From positions 35,290 to 99,289 of the forward strand of contig CAZZCX010000001.1 in the NCBI GenBank assembly GCA_964653195.1: 64,000 nucleotides of DNA, given 5' to 3'. The position numbers and the translations under genes are program-made. This DNA comes from an uncultured Gammaproteobacteria bacterium (GTDB lineage Bacteria; Patescibacteriota; Microgenomatia; Levybacterales; UBA12049). Position 1 is the stretch's first letter; each line of letters opens with the position of its first letter. The notes under the pieces were generated by a model. That model was not told the DNA's origin, searched no databases, and saw nothing but the letters and a program-made list of their open reading frames with translations. Positions 32,171-42,375 of the stretch are shown one piece after another.

Positions 32171-32541
32171 TTCAATTGCGTTCAATATTACAATCAGCAG
32201 ATAATAGCGGAGCAATATCGCTTTCAGTAATTCATGTTTTCGGCGGTAGTCGAAGAAAGTTTGGGAGAATCGGCGATATTATTAACTGTGTAGTGAAAAA
32301 AGCATCACCTCACGGTCAGGTAAAAGATAGTGAAATGGTGAAAGCAGTAGTTGTAAGAACCAGAAAAGAGCATAGAAGGAAGGATGGCTCATATGTCCGG
32401 TTCTCAGATAATGCAGCTGTTGTTATTGATAATCCGAAAGATAAGAACCCAAAAGGTACACGTATTTTTGGTCCAATTCCAAGAGAGATTAGAGATAAGG
32501 GATTTACTAAAATCGCTAGTATGGCTGTGGAGGTTGTATAA
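32167..32541 (+). CDS. rplN: 50S protein uL14
   Basis: ADNSGA, AVVVRT, FSDNAAV, GTRIFGP. Confidence 0.97.
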   Translation: MIQLRSILQSADNSGAISLSVIHVFGGSRRKFGRIGDIINCVVKKASPHGQVKDSEMVKAVVVRTRKEHRRKDGSYVRFSDNAAVVIDNPKDKNPKGTRIFGPIPREIRDKGFTKIASMAVEVV

Positions 32542-32542
32542 T

Positions 32543-32848
32543 ATGAAACTTAAGAAAAACGATCAAGTTAAAATAATGAGTGGAAAAGACGCAGGTAAAA
32601 TTTCATCCGTTGAAAAAGTATATACAAAAGAAAATAAAGTATTGGTAAGCGGTATAAATCAGTATAAACGGCATGTAAAAGCCAGAACTCAAGGCCAATC
32701 GTCTGAAATTATTACGATCACGAAGCCATTAACCGTTTCGAAAGTAGCTCTTGTTTGTCCAAATTGTAAGAAGCAGACGAGGATAGGGTATTCAAATGAT
32801 AAAGGTTTAAAGACCCGCATATGTAAAAAGTGCGGAAAAAAGATATAA
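32543..32848 (+). CDS. rplX: 50S protein uL24
   Basis: MKLKKNDQV..SGKDAGK; CxxC..CxxC; true start 32543 within track ORF 32384. Confidence 0.95.
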   Translation: MKLKKNDQVKIMSGKDAGKISSVEKVYTKENKVLVSGINQYKRHVKARTQGQSSEIITITKPLTVSKVALVCPNCKKQTRIGYSNDKGLKTRICKKCGKKI

Positions 32849-32851
32849 CAT

Positions 32852-33400
32852 ATGACAGATTTACAAAAAAAATATAAAGAAACAATTGTAAGTGAGTTAC
32901 AAAAAGAGCTTGGAATCGATAATGTTATGGCTGTTCCCCATATCGTAAAGATTGTTGTAAATATGGGTGTCAAAGATGCAACGGCAGATAAGAAGCTTAT
33001 TGATAAAATGGGTCAGATAATGGGTCAGATTACAGGCCAGAAAGCACGAGTAGCAAGAGCAAAAAAGTCCATAGCTACTTTTAAATTAAGAGAGGGAGAT
33101 GCAATAGGACTTAGTGTAACTTTACGAGGAAAGAGAATGTACGGTTTCTTAAATAAATTGATTAGTATAATTTTGCCACGTATTAAAGATTTTCGAGGCG
33201 TAAAAACTACTAGCTTTGATGGCCGCGGAAATTATGCCATCGGTTTTAGAGAATATACAGTTTTTCCTGAGATTGACTTAGGTAGTGTTGATAGAATGCA
33301 GGGATTAGAGATTATTATTGTCATGTCGGCAAAAACTGATTTAGAAGGATTAACTTTACTAAAGGCATTCGGCATGCCGTTTCAAAAAACTAAATCTTAG
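32852..33400 (+). CDS. rplE: 50S protein uL5
   Basis: KIVVNMG, ITGQK, FKLREG, FDGRGNY. Confidence 0.97.
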   Translation: MTDLQKKYKETIVSELQKELGIDNVMAVPHIVKIVVNMGVKDATADKKLIDKMGQIMGQITGQKARVARAKKSIATFKLREGDAIGLSVTLRGKRMYGFLNKLISIILPRIKDFRGVKTTSFDGRGNYAIGFREYTVFPEIDLGSVDRMQGLEIIIVMSAKTDLEGLTLLKAFGMPFQKTKS

Positions 33401-33448
33401 TAAATCCAATGGATTTTTGTTTAAATGTATCGAAATTACGGTTTTGTA

Positions 33449-33457
33449 TGGTATAAT
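33449..33457 (+). promoter_or_regulatory. Possible internal extended -10 promoter upstream of rpsN
   Basis: TGGTATAAT in a 110-nt spacer. Confidence 0.4.
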
Positions 33458-33510
33458 TCTGAAGCTAAAATTATTCCGATTTATAAGGATTAATAGAAAT
33501 TTGTACAAAT

Positions 33511-33696
33511 ATGGCTAAAACATCAGACATAGTAAAATTTAAAAGAAAACAAAAGTTTGAAGTAAGAGATGTGAATCGATGTAATCTTTGTGGAAGAGCG
33601 AGAAGTTATTTTAGAAGATTTGGTTTATGCAGGATGTGTTTCCGTGAATTAGCAATGAAAGGAGATTTACCTGGGGTAACTAAATCCACCTGGTAA
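33511..33696 (+). CDS. rpsN: 30S protein uS14 (Zn-binding type Z)
   Basis: [15 protein letters not shown], 61 aa. Confidence 0.96.
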   Translation: MAKTSDIVKFKRKQKFEVRDVNRCNLCGRARSYFRRFGLCRMCFRELAMKGDLPGVTKSTW

Positions 33697-33704
33697 AAAA
33701 GTAT

Positions 33705-34091
33705 ATGTATCATGTAGGTGATTTTATTTTACGAATTAAAAATGCTTACCTAGCTAGAAAAAAGCAAGTAATTATGCCTTTTTCTAAGATAAACCAAGCT
33801 GTAGCAAAGTCGTTAGTGAAAGCAGGATTTATAAGTAGTGTCAAAGAAGAGGAAAAGGAAAGTATAAAAGTTATAGTTTGTGATCTCAGATACTATAATA
33901 GGCGACCTGTATTACATGATGTCAGATTAATATCTAAACCATCCCTTAGAGTATATATAGATAAAGAGGGATTAATGAGAGATAAAGATAAAGCATTAAC
34001 ATCCATTCTTTCTACAAGTTTTGGAGTGATGACAGGAAAAGAAGCAGTGAAAAAAGGGGTAGGAGGAGAATTGTTATTTAAGATTTGGTAA
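33705..34091 (+). CDS. rpsH: 30S protein uS8
   Basis: RIKNA, ISKPSLRVY, STSFGVM, GGEL. Confidence 0.96.
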   Translation: MYHVGDFILRIKNAYLARKKQVIMPFSKINQAVAKSLVKAGFISSVKEEEKESIKVIVCDLRYYNRRPVLHDVRLISKPSLRVYIDKEGLMRDKDKALTSILSTSFGVMTGKEAVKKGVGGELLFKIW

Positions 34092-34101
34092 GGAGAAAAT
34101 T

Positions 34102-34653
34102 ATGTCAAAAATAGGAAGAACACCAATTATTCTTAAAGAAAATTTAGATGTGAGTGTAAACGGAGCAACCGTATCGATAGTTAGTGATAAAGGTAATTCT
34201 ACTTATGTTTTGCCGAGCGGAATTTCAGCAAGAGTAGCGGATGGGAAATTAATGTTAGATATTGCAGACATGAAAGACAGAAGCTTGCGTGCTAAATATG
34301 GATTAAGCAGAGCGAATTTGGCGAATATCTTGAAAGGGATAACTTCGGGATTTGAAAAAAAACTTGAAATACAGGGAGTTGGATATAGGGCGCAACTTCA
34401 AGGTACGGATTTAGTATTATCACTGGGGTTTTCCCATACAGTAAAATTTCAACCCCACAAAGATGTGAAAATTGCAATATCGGAAAATATTATTTCGATA
34501 AGTGGAATAGATAAAGCCTTAGTTGGATTAACAGCATCAAAAATACGTGCAATTAAACCACCTGAGCCATATAAGGGTAAGGGTATTAGATATGCAGGTG
34601 AAATAGTTAAAAGAAAAGTGGGTAAAGCTGCAAAAGCAGTAGGGACAAAATAA
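34102..34653 (+). CDS. rplF: 50S protein uL6
   Basis: MSKIGR, GVGYRA, PEPYKGKGIRY. Confidence 0.97.
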   Translation: MSKIGRTPIILKENLDVSVNGATVSIVSDKGNSTYVLPSGISARVADGKLMLDIADMKDRSLRAKYGLSRANLANILKGITSGFEKKLEIQGVGYRAQLQGTDLVLSLGFSHTVKFQPHKDVKIAISENIISISGIDKALVGLTASKIRAIKPPEPYKGKGIRYAGEIVKRKVGKAAKAVGTK

Positions 34654-34735
34654 TCTTAGGATTAATCCCAAATTAATTTTAAGCCTTGAAGAAATTTATA
34701 TCAAAATAAATTAAAATTTAAAGTAAAATAAAATT

Positions 34736-35080
34736 ATGAATGCAAAAACACAAAGTATAAATAGACAAATGCGGATTAGGAGAAAGATACGTATAGTTTC
34801 AAGCAGGCCTAGGCTTTCAATATTCCGTTCAAATAAATATTTATATGCACAAATCATTGATGATGTAAAAGGACAAACACTATTGGGTGTTTCTGAGAAG
34901 GTTTTAGAAGAACAAAACGGAGCTAAAACTGATAAAGCCAAACAGCTTGGGATGACACTTGCAAAAAAAGCGAGAGACTTAAAAATTGAAGCTGTTGTAT
35001 TTGATAAGGGTAGGTTTTCATATCATGGAAAAGTAAAAGCTTTTGCAGATGGAGCAAGAGAAGGAGGGCTTAAGTTTTAA
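34736..35080 (+). CDS. rplR: 50S protein uL18
   Basis: RPRLSIFRS, YAQIIDD, YHGKVKA..AREGGL. Confidence 0.96.
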   Translation: MNAKTQSINRQMRIRRKIRIVSSRPRLSIFRSNKYLYAQIIDDVKGQTLLGVSEKVLEEQNGAKTDKAKQLGMTLAKKARDLKIEAVVFDKGRFSYHGKVKAFADGAREGGLKF

Positions 35081-35174
35081 TTAAAAGATTATAAATAAAA
35101 TCACAATGATCTAGATTAAAGACAAAATATTTTAGATTTTAATTTTAATTTTTTATTTTAAATGAAAGAAGTAT

Positions 35175-35681
35175 ATGGATAATAAAAATAATTTCAAAAA
35201 GTTTGAAAACCAAAGTGGTTTTGATGAGCAGGTAGTAAGTATTAACCGTGTAACTAAAAAAACAAAAGGCGGAAATAAAATGGGATTTGCTGCGCTGGCA
35301 GTTGTAGGAGATAAGAATGGAAGAGTGGGTGTTGGACTGGGGAAAGCGATGGATGTATCAACTGCTATACGTAAAGCAATAATATTAGCGAGAAAAAAAC
35401 TTTTAACAGTTCCAATAATTAACGGCACTATACCTTTTAGAATTGATGTGAAAGTTGGTGCAGCAAAAATAATGCTAAAACCAGCTCCTAAGGGTTCGGG
35501 TATTATCGCAGGTGGAGCTGTGCGTAGTGTAGTATCGGTTGCAGGGATTGAGAATATTTCAAGCAAAGTGTTAGGTACCACAAATGCTGTAAATAACGTA
35601 TATGCAACCATGGAAGCACTTAAACAAATCGCGGAACGTCATGCTAGTTCAAATCATTTAAAGATGGGGGGGAAGAAATAA
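35175..35681 (+). CDS. rpsE: 30S protein uS5
   Basis: INRVTK.TKGG, VVGD, PAPKGSGIIAGG. Confidence 0.97.
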   Translation: MDNKNNFKKFENQSGFDEQVVSINRVTKKTKGGNKMGFAALAVVGDKNGRVGVGLGKAMDVSTAIRKAIILARKKLLTVPIINGTIPFRIDVKVGAAKIMLKPAPKGSGIIAGGAVRSVVSVAGIENISSKVLGTTNAVNNVYATMEALKQIAERHASSNHLKMGGKK

Positions 35682-36118
35682 TGCAATTACATTCACTTAC
35701 CCAAACCGTAGAAAAAAGCAAAAAAAGATTAGGTCAAGGACATGGATCTGGACGGGTTAAGACTAGTGGTAGGGGAACAAAGGGACAGAATGCGCGGTCA
35801 AAGAGACCTCTTCAGTTTGAGGGTGGTGCTCTGCCGTTGACTAAGCGTCTTCCTTTTCTGCGCGGAAAAGATAGAAATAAGTCTTTAAAACTAAAACCGC
35901 TTAGTATTAATTTATCTATGATTAGTAATTTACCGCAAAATACAGAAATTACTATTGATTCTTTGGTTAAACATAATTTGATCGCAAAAGGAAATGAAAA
36001 AAGGGGAGTGAAGCTTTTGGCAGTAGGGGAAATTACAAACGCTTATGTTGTAAAAATTCCCACATCCAAAACTGCACGTGTTAAAATAGAAAAAGTAGGC
36101 GGTAAAATTGATGCATGA
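35681..36118 (+). CDS. rplO: 50S protein uL15
   Basis: [19 protein letters not shown]. Confidence 0.96.
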   Translation: MQLHSLTQTVEKSKKRLGQGHGSGRVKTSGRGTKGQNARSKRPLQFEGGALPLTKRLPFLRGKDRNKSLKLKPLSINLSMISNLPQNTEITIDSLVKHNLIAKGNEKRGVKLLAVGEITNAYVVKIPTSKTARVKIEKVGGKIDA

Positions 36119-37404
36119 ATGATGTTTTACAGATTCTTCGAAATAGCGTTAAGACCCCGGAAATAAGGAAAAAACTGCTGTTTACAGCAGCGATTTTTTT
36201 GATTTCACGTTTTTTTGTCCATATTCCGGTTTCTGGTGTCGATTTGGCGCAGCTTCGTACACTTTTTTCACAAAATCAATTTCTGGGTTTGCTTGATTTG
36301 TTTTCGGGAGGTACTTTAGCTAATTTCTCCATTATGGCTCTTGGCCTAAATCCTTATATCAATGCGTCAATTATCTTGCAGCTTATGACTATGATATTTC
36401 CGAAGCTTGAAGCATTACAAAAGGAGGGTGAGCAAGGGAGACGAAAAATTAATCAGTATACAAGGTTTATATCGATACCTTTGGCTGCATTACAGGCATT
36501 AGGCATGTATGCATTACTAAGAAGTCAAGGTATCATAACAACTCTTTCTCCGCTTTCACTTATATCTTTTATTTTGACTATGGTGGCAGGTACTATGCTT
36601 TTAGTTTGGCTTGGTGAATTGATCACTGAGCGTGGAATCGGGAATGGTATATCAGTTATGATATTTGCGGGAATTGTTGGAAGGCTGCCTGTCATATTGG
36701 GTCAAACAGCATCAACTTTTTCATCAGAAAATGCATTAAATTTATTGATTTATGTAGCTATGGGTATAGGGATGATTGCCGGTGTTATTATAGTCAATGA
36801 AGCGACACGTAAAATTACAGTCCACTATGCTAAAAGAGTTCGTGGAAGCAAGATGTTTGGCGGTCAATCAACACATCTTCCACTTAGATTAAATCAGGCA
36901 GGTGTAATTCCTATTATTTTTGCTGTATCTCTAGTTTTACTTCCTTCGATGTTGGGAAATTATTTAGTTTCATCAGCAAATGCAACACTTGCAGGAGCCG
37001 GACAATTCTTAACCACATTCTTTAATCCGGACTCTGCACAATATAATATTTTATATTTCACATTGGTCGTGGGCTTCACGTATTTTTATACAGCAGTTGT
37101 ATTTAACCCTCAGAAAATTGCTGAAGAAATACAGAAATATGGTGGTTTTATTCCCGGTATCCGTCCAGGTTCCCAAACCACTAAATATCTAAACTATATT
37201 CTCAACAGAATTACTTTAGTAGGAGCTATGTTTTTAGGTTTTATTGCAGTTTTGCCAACACTTGTAAAATTTGTTACCTCACAGCAGAATGTTTTAATTG
37301 GCGGAACAAGTATACTTATAGTAGTGAGTGTAATTCTCGAGATATTTAAATCAATGGAAGCAAATCTTGTCACCAGAAATTATGAGGAATTTTTGAGAAA
37401 ATAG
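36115..37404 (+). CDS. secY: Preprotein translocase SecY
   Basis: [47 protein letters not shown]. Confidence 0.98.
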   Translation: MNDVLQILRNSVKTPEIRKKLLFTAAIFLISRFFVHIPVSGVDLAQLRTLFSQNQFLGLLDLFSGGTLANFSIMALGLNPYINASIILQLMTMIFPKLEALQKEGEQGRRKINQYTRFISIPLAALQALGMYALLRSQGIITTLSPLSLISFILTMVAGTMLLVWLGELITERGIGNGISVMIFAGIVGRLPVILGQTASTFSSENALNLLIYVAMGIGMIAGVIIVNEATRKITVHYAKRVRGSKMFGGQSTHLPLRLNQAGVIPIIFAVSLVLLPSMLGNYLVSSANATLAGAGQFLTTFFNPDSAQYNILYFTLVVGFTYFYTAVVFNPQKIAEEIQKYGGFIPGIRPGSQTTKYLNYILNRITLVGAMFLGFIAVLPTLVKFVTSQQNVLIGGTSILIVVSVILEIFKSMEANLVTRNYEEFLRK

Positions 37405-37436
37405 TATTGCCTCATATTCAATATTCTTTTTAAGAT

Positions 37437-37985
37437 ATGAACATTATCATTATTGGTATTCAGGGGTCGGGAAAATCAACTCAAGGGAAATTGCTTTCTC
37501 GTAATCTGAAAATACCTTATCTTTCTTCAGGGCATATATTTAGAGATCTAGCACACAAGAAAGATAAATTAGGAAGGTATATTAAAGAGCACATGCATGC
37601 GGGAATGCTTATTCCTGATACGCAAGCACTTAAGATCATCACAGACTATCTTGACCTACCACTGTATGCAAATGGATTTATTTTGGACGGTTTCCCGAGA
37701 ACCTTAAGTCAAGCTGAGAAGTTTTTGCACAAAGTCACCCATGTAGTTTATTTAAAAATCTCTGATAAAGAAGCACTGTGGCGGTTATCGTACCGTGAAG
37801 AAAAGAAAGAGGAGTTCCGAGAAGACGAGACATTGGCTGCAGTCAGACATCGTATTGATCTTTTTCATAAATTTACAACACCTGTTATCAAGTATTATGA
37901 TGAGAAAAAGTTACTTATTGAGATAAACGGTGAGGTGAGCATCGAAGAAATAAATAAAGAAATTCTTAAAAGGCTTCGCGTATGA
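37437..37985 (+). CDS. adk: Adenylate kinase (short LID)
   Basis: GIQGSGKSTQ, SSGHIFR, ILDGFPRT; position after secY. Confidence 0.85.
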   Translation: MNIIIIGIQGSGKSTQGKLLSRNLKIPYLSSGHIFRDLAHKKDKLGRYIKEHMHAGMLIPDTQALKIITDYLDLPLYANGFILDGFPRTLSQAEKFLHKVTHVVYLKISDKEALWRLSYREEKKEEFREDETLAAVRHRIDLFHKFTTPVIKYYDEKKLLIEINGEVSIEEINKEILKRLRV

Positions 37986-38572
37986 GAGATTTATCGGATA
38001 AAGCCTCTCATTCATCTATAGTTATTGCAATTGTAGGAATGGCAGGAAGTGGTAAATCAGAAGCAGCTAAGTTTTTTAAAGAAAAAGATTTGCCGATCCT
38101 GCGTTTTGGTGATGTGATTGATGAAGGGATAAAAGCGGAAGGACTTCCTTGGACTCCTGAAAATAATGTATATTACAGAAATAAAATTCGAAAAGAGCTA
38201 GGAATGGAGGCAGTGGCAGTGAAAATGTTGCCTAAAATTCAGAAGGTTTTAAGAGCAAATAGTAATATAGTAATGGATGGTTTATACAGTTGGGAGGAAT
38301 ACAAATACCTGCAAAAATTTTTACCTAAACTTTTTCTATTATGTGTATTTGCCCGTCCTTCTATACGTTATAATCGTCTCGAGAAAAGGGTTGATCGTAG
38401 TTTTAGTAAGGAAGATGCCATTAGGCGTGATATTACAGAAATTGAACAGTCACATAAAGCTGGTCCTATCGCCATTGCTAATTATCTTATTAAAAATGAA
38501 TCGACGATTGAAAGATATCATGAAAAACTGAACACCTTTTGGCAAATTATGAAAAAAGGAGATATATGGTAG
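37982..38572 (+). CDS. P-loop NMP/dephospho-CoA-kinase-like protein
   Basis: GMAGSGKS, FGDVI, VMDGLYSWEE, 'RYNRL..R', 'GPIAIANY'. Confidence 0.7.
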   Translation: MRDLSDKASHSSIVIAIVGMAGSGKSEAAKFFKEKDLPILRFGDVIDEGIKAEGLPWTPENNVYYRNKIRKELGMEAVAVKMLPKIQKVLRANSNIVMDGLYSWEEYKYLQKFLPKLFLLCVFARPSIRYNRLEKRVDRSFSKEDAIRRDITEIEQSHKAGPIAIANYLIKNESTIERYHEKLNTFWQIMKKGDIW

Positions 38573-39339
38573 ATATAAAAACTTCAAAAGAAATTGAATC
38601 GATGAAAAAAGGGGGAGGAATTCTATCTAGGGTTTTATGGGAAGTTTTAGCTCACGCAAAACCTGGTATAACTGAACTTGAGCTTGACCAGATGGCGGAA
38701 CGGCTTATAAGAGAACAAGGTGGTGAGCCTGGTTTTAAAAAAGTTAAAGGATATTATCATACTATATGTGCTTGTACCAACGAAGTTGTTGTTCATGGTA
38801 TACCTTCAGGTTATAAACTTAAAGCAGGTGATGTGATATGTATAGATTGTGGTGTTTACTATGATGGGTATCATACAGACATGGCAGAAACGGTTATAGT
38901 GAAGAATTCTGAAATCAAAATTCAAGGTTATGAGAAAAAGAAAAAGTTTCTAGATATTGGCAAGAAGGCGCTTAAAGCGGGGATAATGCAAGCAGTTACC
39001 GGGAATCGTATAGGACATATATCAAAGGCCATACAAGACATTGTAGAGACTGATGGAGGGTACAGCGTGGTCCGATCTCTTATTGGACATGGTGTCGGAC
39101 GGGAACTTCATGAAGATCCTGAAGTGCCTGGATTTCTGGATAGAACAATTCTCAAAACTCCTCGACTTATGGAAGGGATGACTATTGCTATAGAAGTGAT
39201 ATATAACATGGGTAAATCAGAGGTGGTTTATGCTGGTACTGATGATTGGACGATAAAATCAGCAGATGGTAGTCTTTCTGCAGTTTTCGAGCGGACAGTT
39301 GCAATTACAAATGCAGGGCCTTTTATATTAACTAGGTAA
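38566..39339 (+). CDS. map: Methionine aminopeptidase type I
   Basis: NEVVVHGIP, DCGV..DGYHTD, GHGVGRELHEDP, AIE, FERT; ATG 38566. Confidence 0.95.
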   Translation: MVDIKTSKEIESMKKGGGILSRVLWEVLAHAKPGITELELDQMAERLIREQGGEPGFKKVKGYYHTICACTNEVVVHGIPSGYKLKAGDVICIDCGVYYDGYHTDMAETVIVKNSEIKIQGYEKKKKFLDIGKKALKAGIMQAVTGNRIGHISKAIQDIVETDGGYSVVRSLIGHGVGRELHEDPEVPGFLDRTILKTPRLMEGMTIAIEVIYNMGKSEVVYAGTDDWTIKSADGSLSAVFERTVAITNAGPFILTR

Positions 39340-39494
39340 TTGCCCTTTTGAGCTTGATTTGATATAATTATTTTCGGTAAAATCAATCGATCTGAATTTG
39401 GCTTAAATTCTAAATTCTGCTGACTCTGCCGGTTGAGTAAATTTAACCCTAAATTAAGGCTAGTAGTATAGTTATATTTAGAATTTTAATATTT

Positions 39495-39713
39495 ATGGCT
39501 CATCAAGGATCAGTCGAGAAAAATGGAATCGTTAAAGAATCATTGCCCAATACTTTATTTAGGGTAGAGCTTGAGGAAGGGTCATTAATTTTATGTCATT
39601 TATCCGGGAAAATGCGGATGAATTTTATAAAGATCTTACCTGGTGACAGAGTAATTGTTGAGATGACGCCTTACGATTTAAATAAAGGAAGAATTATTAG
39701 AAGATTAAAATAA
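39495..39713 (+). CDS. infA: Translation initiation factor IF-1
   Basis: [26 protein letters not shown]. Confidence 0.97.
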   Translation: MAHQGSVEKNGIVKESLPNTLFRVELEEGSLILCHLSGKMRMNFIKILPGDRVIVEMTPYDLNKGRIIRRLK

Positions 39714-39714
39714 T

Positions 39715-39828
39715 ATGAAAGTTCAAGCAAGTATAAAACCAAGATGTAAGAATTGTAAGAATGTTCGCAGAAAAGGCGTTGTGTTTATAGTGTGTACTAC
39801 AGCAAAGCATAAACAAAGACAAGGCTAG
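39715..39828 (+). CDS. rpmJ: 50S protein bL36 (missing from ORF track)
   Basis: Manual translation [37 protein letters not shown]. Confidence 0.96.
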   Translation: MKVQASIKPRCKNCKNVRRKGVVFIVCTTAKHKQRQG

Positions 39829-39848
39829 TTTATATTTAATATTGAAAT

Positions 39849-40265
39849 ATGAGATTACTTGGAGTTATTATTCCTGATGATAAAAGAATTGACATAGCGC
39901 TTAGCTACCTTTATGGAGTCGGAAGAAAGAATGCTGTAAAGATTCTTAATAAAGCGGATGTTGATATATCAAAAAGGGCTAAGACTTTATCTGAAGAGGA
40001 ACTTAAAAGAATAACAAACGCAGTTGAGGGGATTAAGATTGAAGGAGATTTACGTGCAGAAGTGAATGGAAACATAAGGCAGCTTAAAGAGATGGGTGCT
40101 TATAGAGGTATAAGACATAGTCGAAGTTTACCGGCACGAGGTCAGCGAACAAGATCGAATGCAAGGACTAAAAGGGGTAAGAGGGTAACAATTGGTGCTA
40201 TAAAGAAAGAATTAGTGGCTAAGATTGAAGCATCTCAAAAAACAAAAGAAGCAGCGAAAAAATAA
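39849..40265 (+). CDS. rpsM: 30S protein uS13
   Basis: YGVGR, EGDLR, YRGIRH, RGQRTRSNARTKRG. Confidence 0.97.
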   Translation: MRLLGVIIPDDKRIDIALSYLYGVGRKNAVKILNKADVDISKRAKTLSEEELKRITNAVEGIKIEGDLRAEVNGNIRQLKEMGAYRGIRHSRSLPARGQRTRSNARTKRGKRVTIGAIKKELVAKIEASQKTKEAAKK

Positions 40266-40312
40266 TTTGAATCGTAATCAGATAGAACAATAGACAAAAA
40301 TTATAAATAAAT

Positions 40313-40714
40313 ATGGTTAAAAAACTAACTAGCAATAAACCAGCCAAAAAGCGATCAAGCGTCGTAGTAGGCAGTCATGGTAAAGTTTTCATCACGGCTA
40401 CATTCAATAATACCCTCGTTACCATTACGAATGAAAGTGGCGACACTCTTTCATGGAGTTCTTCTGGATCTAGAGGATTTAAAGGGACAAGAAAATCTAC
40501 ACCTTATGCAGCGTCACTTGCTGTAGAAGATGCTTCAAAAAAAGCTCTATCCAAAGGCTTAAAAAACGTTGAGGTGTTCATAAAGGGTCCAGGGTCAGGA
40601 CGAGATTCAGCACTGCGGGGAGTAAAAGCAGGTGGTTTAAGTATATTATCTATAACAGATGTGACACCTATTCCGCATAATGGACCGAGGGCACAGAAGC
40701 GGAGGAGAATTTAA
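40313..40714 (+). CDS. rpsK: 30S protein uS11
   Basis: [27 protein letters not shown]. Confidence 0.97.
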   Translation: MVKKLTSNKPAKKRSSVVVGSHGKVFITATFNNTLVTITNESGDTLSWSSSGSRGFKGTRKSTPYAASLAVEDASKKALSKGLKNVEVFIKGPGSGRDSALRGVKAGGLSILSITDVTPIPHNGPRAQKRRRI

Positions 40715-40719
40715 TTTTT

Positions 40720-41322
40720 ATGGCACGTTATACGGGACCAAAACATAAATTAGCAAGAAGAGAAGGAGTTAATGTTTTAGATAAAACATCAGCAAGTCTT
40801 CTTAGGCGTATTACTATACCACCAGGTGTGCATGGTAAAAAGCGCAAGAGAAGATTATCTGAATTTGGGCTACAGCTTAGAGAAAAACAAAAAGCTAAAG
40901 TAATATATGGAATGCTTGAGAAGCAGTTCAAGCGTCTTGTTGAGACTGTAGCACGCCAGAAAGGTGATACAGAAGAATTACTTCTTTCACTACTTGAGAC
41001 ACGTTTAGATAATATAGTTTATCGTTTAGGTTTTGCAAAATCCCGTTTTATGGCAAGGCAAATGGTTACTCATGGTCACGTGTTAATTAATGATAAGAAG
41101 TTGTCTATTCCTTCTTATCAAGTGAAAAAAGATGAAATCATATCACTTTCTCAAATTATTCAAAAGAATCCGGACATTATTAAACTCATGGCTGAAAACC
41201 AACCAATAGCGCCATTTCTTGCTAAAGAAGGAAACCAAGGAAAGCTTATAAGAGTTCCTCAGAAAAGCGATTTAGAATTTCCATTTAATACCAGACAGAT
41301 CATTGAATATTATTCACGTTAA
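40720..41322 (+). CDS. rpsD: 30S protein uS4
   Basis: MARYTGP, QLREKQK, LETRLDN, ARQMVTHGH, EYYSR. Confidence 0.97.
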   Translation: MARYTGPKHKLARREGVNVLDKTSASLLRRITIPPGVHGKKRKRRLSEFGLQLREKQKAKVIYGMLEKQFKRLVETVARQKGDTEELLLSLLETRLDNIVYRLGFAKSRFMARQMVTHGHVLINDKKLSIPSYQVKKDEIISLSQIIQKNPDIIKLMAENQPIAPFLAKEGNQGKLIRVPQKSDLEFPFNTRQIIEYYSR

Positions 41323-41340
41323 TGATATACTACTAACTCT

Positions 41341-42273
41341 ATGGTTGAACTTAACTTTAATGTAAAAGAGCTCACTTTAACTGATGAATACGGTGAATTC
41401 GTAATTGAACCTTTGGAGCCGGGATACGGCTACACTATTGGTAATGCTTTAAGACGGGTTTTGTATGCTTCAATTCCTGGAGCTGCTGTAACCTCAGTTA
41501 GAATCACAGGTGTTAAGCACAGATTCTCTGTATTACCTGGTTTAAAGGAAAACATTATTGATTTTCTTTTAAATTTAAAGCAGCTCAATCTACGATTACT
41601 TGGAGAAGAAAATTCTGCAACAATTACATTATCTGTAAAAGGTGAAAAGGTAATAAAAGCGTCTGATTTAGAAGTAAGCGAAAGTGTAGAGATAGCAAAT
41701 CCTGATCTATACCTCGGTACACTCTCTGGTGCAAAATCAAAATTGGAAATGCAACTTACTGTTGAGCGTGGATTTGGATTTTCACTTGCCGATGAAAGAA
41801 AGAGTAATGCATTGGAAGTAATTCCTACAGATGCAGTATATACACCCGTAAAACGCGTTACTTACGCAGTTGAGGCTACTCGTGTTGGTCGGCAGACAAA
41901 TCTTGATAAATTAATTTTAAAAATTTGGACAAATGGTACAATTAATCCAAGAACTGTATTGGATGAAGCTGCAAAGATCCTTGCACATTCATTCTCTTTA
42001 ATTTATCAACCTACAAAATCCTCAATGAGTGATTCTGAAGTAACTGAAAGTTCAACTTCCTCTATTCCGCCAGAAGCATTGAAGCTAACTATTGATGAGC
42101 TGGATCTTCCTACAAGGATATATAATTCACTTCGCAATGGAGGCATTGAGACAGTTGAAGAGTTACTTAATACTCCTCGCAAAGAGCTTATTAGTATGCG
42201 TAATATGGGAGGGAAATCGATTACTGTTATTGAGGATAAGCTTCAAACAAAAGGTATATCCTTATCTGCCTAA
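41341..42273 (+). CDS. rpoA: RNA polymerase alpha subunit
   Basis: EPLEPGYGYTIGNALRR, RVGRQT, alpha-CTD 'RIYNSL..RNMGGKS'. Confidence 0.97.
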   Translation: MVELNFNVKELTLTDEYGEFVIEPLEPGYGYTIGNALRRVLYASIPGAAVTSVRITGVKHRFSVLPGLKENIIDFLLNLKQLNLRLLGEENSATITLSVKGEKVIKASDLEVSESVEIANPDLYLGTLSGAKSKLEMQLTVERGFGFSLADERKSNALEVIPTDAVYTPVKRVTYAVEATRVGRQTNLDKLILKIWTNGTINPRTVLDEAAKILAHSFSLIYQPTKSSMSDSEVTESSTSSIPPEALKLTIDELDLPTRIYNSLRNGGIETVEELLNTPRKELISMRNMGGKSITVIEDKLQTKGISLSA

Positions 42274-42277
42274 CCAG

Positions 42278-42368
42278 AAAGATATTAAGATATTGGGATA
42301 CTGAGATATTAAGAGATATTCTATATCAAAACTTAATATCTTAATTTACTTAATATTTTAATATCTTT
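42278..42368 (+). repeat. Octamer-periodic inverted repeat (rpoA-rplQ spacer)
   Basis: GATATTAA GATATTGG GATACTGA GATATTAA ... CTTAATAT CTTAATTT ACTTAATAT TTTAATAT C. Confidence 0.85.
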
Positions 42369-42375
42369 TTTTAAT

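Noticed and set aside
32384-32542. Long N-terminal extension of uL24
   Set aside because: Alternative frame inside rplN; real start at 32543.
42278-42368. CRISPR array suggested by periodic repeats
   Set aside because: Units are 6-8 nt in tandem without unique spacers; no cas genes.
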